Shown here: positions 56,210-64,000 of the stretch, piece after piece
Numbering within the stretch: position 1 is the stretch's first letter
Layout: each line of letters begins with the position of its first letter
NCBI GenBank assembly: GCA_030649165.1
Contig: JAUSGG010000024.1
Span: 7,005 to 71,004 of the forward strand
Length of the DNA stretch: 64,000 nucleotides
Reading direction: 5' to 3'
Source: Armatimonadota bacterium
Lineage (GTDB): Bacteria > Armatimonadota > UBA5829 > JAUSEB01
Position numbers and translations under genes: made by a program
Notes under the pieces: generated by a model
The model's database searches: none
Seen by the model: the letters and a program-made list of their open reading frames with translations, nothing else
What the model was told of the DNA's origin: nothing

Positions 56210-59200
56210 TCACTCCGTCGCTTTCAGCTTGAACCGCAGCTTTTCGCCGAACGGCGAGCGGTTTTCGGCGACCATCCACACGGCTACCTGCGTCTCACGG
56301 CTGATGGGAGATAGCTCGAACTCCGGGAACTCCACGTCCGCCAGCCAAGCCGTCCGGGCCGGCAGAGGCCATTTCTGCCGGGCTGTTTCCCCATCTCCGG
56401 CGCAGAGGTACACGCCGCCGTTGTCCTTGCCCGCTTCGGCGGGCGTGAGCCAGGCGGATTCGGCGGTGTTGCCGACGCTTGCCCGCGCCTTCACGGGCTG
56501 CCCCGCGGTAACCGTGACCGCGGCGCCGTCCTTCACCTCGATCCATTGGCCACTGGAATCCTGAATCTGAAGCCAGTTGAACTCAGCGTTCAGATATTTG
56601 GGCGGATTGTGGCCGTCGATCGGCGTGTTTCCGACGGCGATCATGGGCGTGTTCGACGAGTCCGTTCCGGTTCCCTTGGTCTTCAGCCCAGCGCCTTTTC
56701 CTTCGTCCAATGCCTCGATGTACGCGTCCATTCCGCGGAACCACATCGCCGAAAGTCCGCGCGGGTGCAGATCGCGGTCTACCTGAATCCAGACCTCGGC
56801 GGGTTTGCGGTCGCGGGGCGTCTTGAAGCGGTCCGCGACCTTCTTGTATTCGAGCGCCGCCGGCCTCGGCGCCCGGTCGGGACCGATGAGGCCGAAGTCG
56901 CTGTCCTCGTCGATGCGATGCCCGCCGGGCCACCACCAGCCGGCCCCGCCGTTAACGTCGGTCTCGAAGAACATCTTGTGCATATTGCGGTAATACGCGG
57001 TCTGACCATCCTGCGACCAGCTTACGTAGTCGCCCTGGAAGTACCGCGGCACGCCGTATTCTGCCCAGAAGACCGGTTTGCCGCCGCTGACGAACCGGCC
57101 GTACTCGTTCAGGAAGCCCGCGCGCCTGTAGTTGATATACTCTCCGCCCAGGCCGTAGCCCTCGGGGGAGGTGAAGTCCAGATGCTTGACACCGCTGCAC
57201 AAATCGAATGGCATATGGTGATCGATCGTCGGCTGACCGGTTCCGCCGTAACCCGTGCGGACCCCGAACAGGTGGTTGGGATCGACCTTGCTGATCTCGC
57301 GCACGGAGATGCCATAGCCCTTGCTGATCATATCGTCGGCGAACCGCCTGTAAGCGGCGACCATCTTGGCCCAGGGGCCTTCGCTCGTTACCTGCTCGTC
57401 GGTCGGGCCGGGGACCTTGCCGTCCGGTTTCGTGATTTTGAAGCCCCAGTCGGTTTCCGCCTTGGCGACACTGCCGTAGCGGTCTTCTACCCACCTGCGC
57501 CACGTGTTATCCAGGGCCTTACGTTCCTTCTCCGGCCCGAGGTGCGGCTCCCAGGCCAGATCGTAAGCGTAAAACGTATCGTTTTCCGCCAAATGGGCCT
57601 CGCGCGCAATCTTGGCGGCGTTCTTCGGCGACCCCGAAAACGGGTGGCCGGGAACCGAAATGTTGACCTTTATCCCCCGGCCGCGGCACCTCTCCAGAAA
57701 GTCCATCAGCGGGTGGAATGGCTCCATGGCCTGTATGCTTACCGAGTTCATCCCGAGAGACACCAGTTGGTCCAGGTCGCTACCGACAGCCTCGGGGTCG
57801 TATTGGCCGGGGTCCTGCCAGGAAAGCCAGTATTCGCGTTTTTCCAGTCCGGCTGAGTAAAGCGGCCAGTAGTTGACGCCGAACGGATACCACTTCTTAC
57901 CGCCGAGCCGGAAGTCGCCGTCCTTGACCGTGACCAGGTCTGGTCCCAGTTTCCGGTCGGCATCCACCACGCTGAACGGATATGAGATCACGTCCGCAAC
58001 CTTGCCGTCGGCCGAAAGCGAAGTCTCGACAACGTATTCGCCCGGCTGCAGCTTGAGATCTCCGGCGTCCTCCAGCACGTTGATCTCGCCGTTGACCCGC
58101 CACGATTTGGTGAAGACGCTGACATCCCCGCGCTTGATCTCCAGGCGCGCGTCGCTCACCCCGCCGGTTGCGTTGACGCCCACCTTGACCGGCTCATTCG
58201 TCAGATAGCAGAAACGGTCCGTTCCGCCGCTTCGAAGGAAAACGCCGGAATCCATCCTCGCAAGGAGGGTCTTCACGACCTGGATGACGTACTGGCTGCG
58301 TTTCGCCAGGAAGTCGGGATCGGCGAACCCCACGATCCCCCAGACGGACCCGGGGTAAGAATCGTCAGCATTCAGCATCATGCTGACCGGCGTGCCGCGA
58401 AACTCACCGGAAGCGTCGAAGGCGGACAGGAGCGGTATCCATCTGAAAGGGAGCTTGCGCTGCGCTCCAAGCCCGCGAGGCCGCCATATCGGGCAGATCA
58501 ACTTGCCGGGCGGGCGCTTGTCGAAGCCTTCCACGATCGGCGCCTGCCGGGCGTACGGCTCCAGACGCACCGCCTCCGTCAGCTCAAACACCTTATAATC
58601 CGGACTAATCGACTCGAGCACGGGAGGAGTGAAATCCAGCTCTGAGAGGTCGTCCTCGGCTGCTTCGAGTTTGGCGACCGAATACGAGCGCGGACCTTTC
58701 GCGTCCCTGGTCAACCCATCGACGAAGCCGAAGAGCAGCTTCGCTGAGTTCTCCGGCTTAAACTGGTCGTTCGGTCCGCCTCGGTCCTTGCAGTTGCGCC
58801 TCAGCCGCTGATACCGAAAGCCGTAGGAGGGTATGGCGTACTGCCGCCATTCAGATTCGAGGTTTACAACGGCGTACCAGCGCGAGCCGTCTATCTCCTC
58901 CCAGATGATCGCAAGATCGGGCGTGTTCGCGTCGCCTTTCGCCCAGAACGAGGTGATGTATGCGCGGCCGAAACGGCTGCGCATATCCTCTGTGACGACG
59001 AGTTCGGATTTCGCCGAGCTCGGCAAATCCACCTGGAGCGACTGGCCGACCTCAGGGACGCCGCTGTCCTCTACGGAGAGTTTTGCGGTTGACCCCTCAT
59101 TTTCAGGCTGCCAGTTGCTGAGCGCGTCCTCGTCGATCTCCGGAAGCGGGAAAACGTTCTTCAGCGCCCGCGGCCTGGCCGCCATTGCGTCGCGGTCGAG

Positions 59201-59581
59201 CCATTTTCCGTCAGCCTGAACCATCATTTTGCTGAAGGCCGGCCCGCCGACAACAACCAGATTGCCGCCTTGCTCCAGGAATTCGACAAGCGCGGCCTTT
59301 GCGTTAAGAGGGAAGAACCGCGCGTCCGGTAGGACAAGCGTTTCGGCAGCCGGTTCCGCCGCGAGCAGGGCGGGTAGACCCTGGCCGGTCACCGCCCGCG
59401 CGCCGAGGTCCGACTGCAGCGTCTTGACGAGACTATCGACGAACGCCTGGCTGGCGTACGGGAAGCTGTCGTACAGCACGTGTACGCGCCTGCCCTGCGC
59501 GGGGGCCGCCCCGGATGCCACGGAAGCTCCGAGGAGGAGGGCAAATATGGCTATCGGCAGGTAAGCGATGATCTCTTTCAT
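56210..59581 (-). CDS. Large secreted clan GH-A glycoside hydrolase (beta-galactosidase/GH5-like)
   Basis: Signal peptide MKEIIAY..; GVNYWP, YDLAWEP, KPVFWAEYG and DFGLIGPDRAPRPA. Confidence 0.75.
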   Translation of the reverse strand: MKEIIAYLPIAIFALLLGASVASGAAPAQGRRVHVLYDSFPYASQAFVDSLVKTLQSDLGARAVTGQGLPALLAAEPAAETLVLPDARFFPLNAKAALVEFLEQGGNLVVVGGPAFSKMMVQADGKWLDRDAMAARPRALKNVFPLPEIDEDALSNWQPENEGSTAKLSVEDSGVPEVGQSLQVDLPSSAKSELVVTEDMRSRFGRAYITSFWAKGDANTPDLAIIWEEIDGSRWYAVVNLESEWRQYAIPSYGFRYQRLRRNCKDRGGPNDQFKPENSAKLLFGFVDGLTRDAKGPRSYSVAKLEAAEDDLSELDFTPPVLESISPDYKVFELTEAVRLEPYARQAPIVEGFDKRPPGKLICPIWRPRGLGAQRKLPFRWIPLLSAFDASGEFRGTPVSMMLNADDSYPGSVWGIVGFADPDFLAKRSQYVIQVVKTLLARMDSGVFLRSGGTDRFCYLTNEPVKVGVNATGGVSDARLEIKRGDVSVFTKSWRVNGEINVLEDAGDLKLQPGEYVVETSLSADGKVADVISYPFSVVDADRKLGPDLVTVKDGDFRLGGKKWYPFGVNYWPLYSAGLEKREYWLSWQDPGQYDPEAVGSDLDQLVSLGMNSVSIQAMEPFHPLMDFLERCRGRGIKVNISVPGHPFSGSPKNAAKIAREAHLAENDTFYAYDLAWEPHLGPEKERKALDNTWRRWVEDRYGSVAKAETDWGFKITKPDGKVPGPTDEQVTSEGPWAKMVAAYRRFADDMISKGYGISVREISKVDPNHLFGVRTGYGGTGQPTIDHHMPFDLCSGVKHLDFTSPEGYGLGGEYINYRRAGFLNEYGRFVSGGKPVFWAEYGVPRYFQGDYVSWSQDGQTAYYRNMHKMFFETDVNGGAGWWWPGGHRIDEDSDFGLIGPDRAPRPAALEYKKVADRFKTPRDRKPAEVWIQVDRDLHPRGLSAMWFRGMDAYIEALDEGKGAGLKTKGTGTDSSNTPMIAVGNTPIDGHNPPKYLNAEFNWLQIQDSSGQWIEVKDGAAVTVTAGQPVKARASVGNTAESAWLTPAEAGKDNGGVYLCAGDGETARQKWPLPARTAWLADVEFPEFELSPISRETQVAVWMVAENRSPFGEKLRFKLKATE

Positions 59582-59773
59582 AGGACGTTGGGTCTCCTTG
59601 CGAGCGCGGATCGCCACCGGCTCGGCAAGTGTGATTATACAGTTGGGGGAAAGGAGCGTCAATGAGTTGAGGGAGTCGAAAGAGTCGAGGTATGGGAGAC
59701 CTGCGGTCAGAAAGGCGTGCGGGGTCGGAGACCCGCCCACAGCGATAGAAACGTGGAAGTACGGGCTCTTGAG

Positions 59774-61129
59774 CTATCTACTCACACTAACAATCCGCAT
59801 GCTATCAGCCCCCACGATCTGATCCCCGTCAGTTGTCCGGCCCGTTAGAGTTCCTTCAGTACTCTCCGCATTGAGATCGAGCGACTGGGCGCCGAAGTAG
59901 AACAGCAGGTCAGCGTCACTGTCTCTGTCCACATCCTCAAGATGCCAGCGCAGTGGTTCGGCAGAACAGAATCGGACCGTGGGCGGATCAACCGTATCGG
60001 CATCGAATCCGGGAATGCTCAGGACCGCCACCGGCACGACACCTTTGCTGCGGAGGTTGATGGTATTGGGATACTCGCCGGGCTTGAGGTCGATTGTTAC
60101 CCGAATCATGGGTGTCCAAAGGATAGCGTGAGAATAGCCAGCGAAAGCGACCGTGGAGTTGCCGACTACGTGGCCGTGATTATTGATGCCATAGGCCCAG
60201 CTGCTATACCAACCAAGCGGGGTGTCAAGGTCGAATAGGCTCGTGCCATCCCATACGAAGGCGTGTGTATAGCCATAGCCAGTGTAGCCTTGCATCACAT
60301 ATCCGACTACCAGTCCGCTGTCGTTGATGTCACACCCAAAACTGTTGAGCCAGCCTGGGAATGTTCCAAGATTACGTATGCCTACATTATCCCAAAGACA
60401 GGCTCTGGCCGTGTTGTCGCTAGTCGCTGAGTATCCGACCACATATCCTCTATTGTTAACGCTCTGCGCAAAGCTTTGGTGCCAGTCAGTGGTTGGCAAT
60501 GCGCCAAGGTCATGAGCACCGGAGCTGTCCCAAAGGCAGGCGCGGCGTCCACCGTAGCCGTCAGACCATCCGACTATCTGCCTATTATCGTTAATGTCCA
60601 CCGCGGTACTGCTGAATCCTTCCGGCAATGTGCCGAGGTCGTGGATGCCGCTACTGTCCCAGAGAACAGCATGGTACTGGTAAGGAGATAGGTAGGCATA
60701 GCCTACAGTCTGGCCGTTGTTATTCACGCCACAAGCTCCACTTCCATAGTCGCTCCCCGGTAAGGCGCCAAGGTCGTGCGCACCGTTCTCGTCCCAAAGG
60801 CAGGCGTGCTCAGAGCCACTAGAAGTGTAGGACCAGCCGACGACTTCGCCCCTATCGTTTATGGCCCAAGCCCCGCTACTACGTCCTCCCGGCAGCGTGC
60901 CCAGATCATGTATGCCTGCCGCGTCCCATAGGCAGGCTCTGATAACGCCATTGCCGTTATGCACGGTATACGAGAAACCGGCGATCTGAACATGATTGTT
61001 AATGCCATACGCGAAACTATCTGCTTTTCCCGGAAGCGTGCCAAGATCGGTGATGGCATACACCAGCCTGGCATTTGCCATCGGAGGCCACACGCAAGCA
61101 AACCCAAGTATAAACAAGACTGCTTTCAT
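59774..61129 (-). CDS. Secreted HAF-repeat (beta-propeller-like) protein with C-terminal IDxKPG domain
   Basis: Repeats of DLGTLPG..A.GINNxGQVVG..HAxLWD; C-terminal IDLKPG..GVVPVAVL..EDVDRDSDADLLFYF. Confidence 0.85.
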   Translation of the reverse strand: MKAVLFILGFACVWPPMANARLVYAITDLGTLPGKADSFAYGINNHVQIAGFSYTVHNGNGVIRACLWDAAGIHDLGTLPGGRSSGAWAINDRGEVVGWSYTSSGSEHACLWDENGAHDLGALPGSDYGSGACGVNNNGQTVGYAYLSPYQYHAVLWDSSGIHDLGTLPEGFSSTAVDINDNRQIVGWSDGYGGRRACLWDSSGAHDLGALPTTDWHQSFAQSVNNRGYVVGYSATSDNTARACLWDNVGIRNLGTFPGWLNSFGCDINDSGLVVGYVMQGYTGYGYTHAFVWDGTSLFDLDTPLGWYSSWAYGINNHGHVVGNSTVAFAGYSHAILWTPMIRVTIDLKPGEYPNTINLRSKGVVPVAVLSIPGFDADTVDPPTVRFCSAEPLRWHLEDVDRDSDADLLFYFGAQSLDLNAESTEGTLTGRTTDGDQIVGADSMRIVSVSR

Positions 61130-61153
61130 TTTTTGCCTCCTCCACCGCACTGT

Positions 61154-61475
61154 CTACTTGCGCCTTCTCCGAATAAACGCGCCCACCAGTCCCGCAAGTC
61201 CTCCGGCAAGTGCCAGAATGGAGGACGGTTCGGGAATCGGCAAGAACGCCTCGCCGTGGGCTACATAGTCCCAGTAGCTATCCACGGTGCCTTGTGGGGA
61301 ACATCGAGGAGCCAAAGATCATCCCAGTCCGAGAGTCGCTGATACCAGTGCCGGAGAATATCTCTGCTCCGTCTAGACCCTGATCGGTCGTCAATGTTAC
61401 TGACTGGCTGGTAACACGAGTTGTTCCATCGTCCAGCGTGAGCTTGGCTTTGACATTAGCGGCAGCGTCGCTCAC
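61154..61475 (-). pseudogene. Truncated, frameshifted PEP-CTERM protein
   Basis: Minus strand ends PIPEPSSILALAGGLAGLVGAFIRRRRK*; removing one C from the CCCC run near 61296-61299 joins it to ORF 61278-61475. Confidence 0.75.
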
Positions 61476-61829
61476 CGCCCAGTCAGACTGGCAACGTTCA
61501 GTCCAACTTTGCCATGTGCCGTGGAGGGCGTTGCTCTGGGGGTTCTAGCGCCGGACGGCCAGGCGACCTTAACAATACGCTATGACCCCTTCGGTAACCT
61601 GCTGGAGCGGCGGACCAAATCAGCCATTCACTGGACCGGGGACGAAGTCGAATCCCACAGCTACGAGGAGAGGGAGGGGTGAGGCTGCACGTGACATCTA
61701 ACAACACACCTCCAGCTTCCAGGCGATATACATGCCCCCCCTGGCAGACGCCGCCATTGACAGAGACACGAGTAGGCGTTAGACTCTGTGCGTCGCCGGC
61801 GGGCGGAACCGAATTCCAGGGAGGCGCTA

Positions 61830-62150
61830 ATGGAACGTGTATGTTTTCTGCACTATGTGAAGCCGGAGTTCATCGAGGAATACAAGAGAGACCATCAGGC
61901 GGTGGACCCGGAGATGCTTCAAGCCTTGACCGAGGCGGGGTTCACCAACTATTCACTCTTCCTCCGCGAAGATGGGCTCCTGGTGGGCTACTTTGAGGCG
62001 GAGGACACGAAGGAGTCACTGCGGCGCGTCAACGCCACTGAGGCGAACAGGATTTGGCAACAGAAGATGCTGCCCTATTTCAAGTCGGGGCCGGGGGATG
62101 AGAAGAAGGCCGCCATCGACTGGCTGGAGCAGGCGTTCTACTTGCCGTAG
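61830..62150 (+). CDS. L-rhamnose mutarotase family protein
   Basis: EEYKRDH..PEMLQAL.EAGFTNYSLFL..WQQKM; RBS GGAGG. Confidence 0.88.
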   Translation: MERVCFLHYVKPEFIEEYKRDHQAVDPEMLQALTEAGFTNYSLFLREDGLLVGYFEAEDTKESLRRVNATEANRIWQQKMLPYFKSGPGDEKKAAIDWLEQAFYLP

Positions 62151-62376
62151 GATCGGGGCGTTTACCGCGGTGTTGCGTCCGGTGATCCGCAGATCGTTCC
62201 GGACATGCTGTCCGGGACGCGATTGCGCCGACATCTTGTCCCTTCGCTCCGCGATCAACCAACAACGTTGTCCGCGGAACCAGGCACACTCCTGTCAACC
62301 TTGTCGACTTACGATGCGTCTCTACTGCTGACCGTGCAGGTTGATCCGCGGGCAGCTACCAGAAGGAGTTTCAAGT

Positions 62377-64000
62377 ATGCGGGCATTTCTATTGGTTTCC
62401 CTGGCATTTCTGGTTTCGGTCGGCGCCGTGTGTGCGGCTTCGCAGCCGGACGCGGGCCTGAACAAGCCTGTCACCGTTGCCGTCAAGGGCGAGGCGTTGT
62501 CCGATATTGCCGCCATACTGCAGAAGCAGACAGGGGTCCGGTTGAGGGTATCCCGTGAGATCGCGGATCAGAAGGCGACCGTATTCGTCGATAACAAATC
62601 GCTTGGCAGCGTGATGAACGGCTTGGCGAGTCTTTTCCACTTCCGCTGGAGCGCGAGCGCTTCCGGCGAGAACCGCGTCTACACTCTGGCGGAGGGCGCG
62701 AAGCCGGGACAGGACCGGGCTTCGCTGCGGCAAGAAGCGATTGACCATGCGTGGGAGGAACTGCGCCGCAGGACGGAACAGATGGCGGAACTCTCCTCCA
62801 AGAGCAAAGACGAGTTGAAGCAGATGGACGACGTTCTTCTCACAAAGTATCCCGATATGGACAATCCGCGGGTCCTGGCGCAACTCGACATTCTCCGCAG
62901 GCTGCGCAAGGACACCCGCCTCGCCGCCTGCGCCGCCTTTTACAAAACGATTCCGAAGAACGTGCTTGACGCCTTGTGGGAGGGAGCCAACATATTGTAT
63001 GACTCCGCCTGTGATGATAAGGAATGGCAACCGCCCGAGGCGCCGGCCGAAGAGATCGGTAAGGTAGATCGCCCGCACACCGTGAATCTGCGACTCTCGG
63101 TAAACAACGACGCCGGCAATATCAACCTTGTCATGGATGGCTGGATAAGTTTCCTGCCGGGCGGCGGATGTGCTACAGAGTGCATGTTCCTGGGAACCGT
63201 TGAGATCGGATCGACCCAGACCGAGCAACACGCGACGCTGCCGCGCAAGCCCGCCGATGAGGTATTGCGCAAGAAGGTTACTCTGACAACGGCGGACCTT
63301 GCCGGCGAGGCCGCTGTCCCTGAGCAGGGCACGTCAACCCTCAAGCCCTACATCAACAAGTCCGACCTCCTGGCGCTGCTGCATCGCAAACTGGGCCTGC
63401 AAATCATCTCGGACCACTACAGCGATTGGGAGGAGTTTGCCCCGGTCAAGGACGCGTCGGTCAAGGATGTGCTGGAAACCGAGTCGGATGTTGAGCCGAG
63501 CGCACTGACAGCCGATTGGGGATGGGACGGCAAGTTTCTGTACTCACGAGTTCGTGACCCACAATTCTTTGAATGGTACGAACTGCCGAACCGGCTGCTC
63601 AGGCAGTTGCGGGCGGCCTACGCGAAGCAAGGTTACCTGGGTCTGGAGGAGCGCGCCGACATCTCCGTTCTACCTGATGAGCAGGGGGCGCTGTTGGAGT
63701 CCGCGTGCCGTTTTCTCGGCCTGCCGAACATGCCGTATCTGACAGTGGCCTGTCGCAAGGAACTCCGACTGTACGGTCTGCTTTCCAAGCAGCAACGCTC
63801 CCAGGCGTTCCACGGTGGAATAGATGTCGAGCAGCTCACGCCCGATCAGCAGGCAGCATTGGGGTGTCTTCTTAGTCCTGAGAATAGCCGCATGGATAAT
63901 GGGATGCATCCAGTCGGCATCTATATGCAGGGCCGCAGGCTGGATAAGCCCGCGGACCCGTCCGCTCCAATCCCGGTCGCGCTGGAGATGAAGGACGACG
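62377..64000 (+). CDS. Secreted STN/secretin-N-like protein, paralog of 43077-44942, truncated by the window end
   Basis: Reads MRAFLLVSLAFLVSVGAVCAASQPDAGLNKPVTVAVKGEALSDIAAILQKQTGV..; missing from the ORF track because no stop lies in the window. Confidence 0.75.
   Translation, partial: MRAFLLVSLAFLVSVGAVCAASQPDAGLNKPVTVAVKGEALSDIAAILQKQTGVRLRVSREIADQKATVFVDNKSLGSVMNGLASLFHFRWSASASGENRVYTLAEGAKPGQDRASLRQEAIDHAWEELRRRTEQMAELSSKSKDELKQMDDVLLTKYPDMDNPRVLAQLDILRRLRKDTRLAACAAFYKTIPKNVLDALWEGANILYDSACDDKEWQPPEAPAEEIGKVDRPHTVNLRLSVNNDAGNINLVMDGWISFLPGGGCATECMFLGTVEIGSTQTEQHATLPRKPADEVLRKKVTLTTADLAGEAAVPEQGTSTLKPYINKSDLLALLHRKLGLQIISDHYSDWEEFAPVKDASVKDVLETESDVEPSALTADWGWDGKFLYSRVRDPQFFEWYELPNRLLRQLRAAYAKQGYLGLEERADISVLPDEQGALLESACRFLGLPNMPYLTVACRKELRLYGLLSKQQRSQAFHGGIDVEQLTPDQQAALGCLLSPENSRMDNGMHPVGIYMQGRRLDKPADPSAPIPVALEMKDD

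Overview
GC-rich bacterial chromosome segment from an LPS-producing diderm; the gene content (PEP-CTERM remnant, STN-like secreted paralogs, many short intergenic palindromes) suggests Armatimonadota, which is an inference. In order: a lipid A/Kdo/core LPS cluster (ICMT-type methyltransferase, msbA, DUF374 acyltransferase, waaA, lpxK, lpxL-like, LolA-like, a second waaA, GT9, two GT4, a methyltransferase); two secreted proteins; a ~9 kb accessory island (19.1-28.05 kb) bounded by duplicated gene 3' ends and containing a tmRNA/tRNA-Ala 3' fragment, an IS4 with 9-bp target duplication, a cupin, a PAS-PP2C phosphatase, a glycoside hydrolase and a nucleotidyltransferase pair; infC-rpmI-rplT-pheS-pheT; a putative peptide-signalling locus (unannotated 28-aa peptide, two membrane HD-GYP proteins, one carrying a rubredoxin-like insert, and DUF5317); GT-C, xerD, a methyltransferase-nuclease fusion; guaB3-guaA-hpt-rho; a RelE-type TA pair; a polysaccharide deacetylase with an in-frame TGA followed by a SECIS-like hairpin (candidate selenoprotein); an aminotransferase, thyA, a large glycoside hydrolase, a HAF-repeat protein and a rhamnose mutarotase. 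At least five families of dispersed palindromic repeats occur. All family assignments come from motif recognition by eye; no database searches were run.
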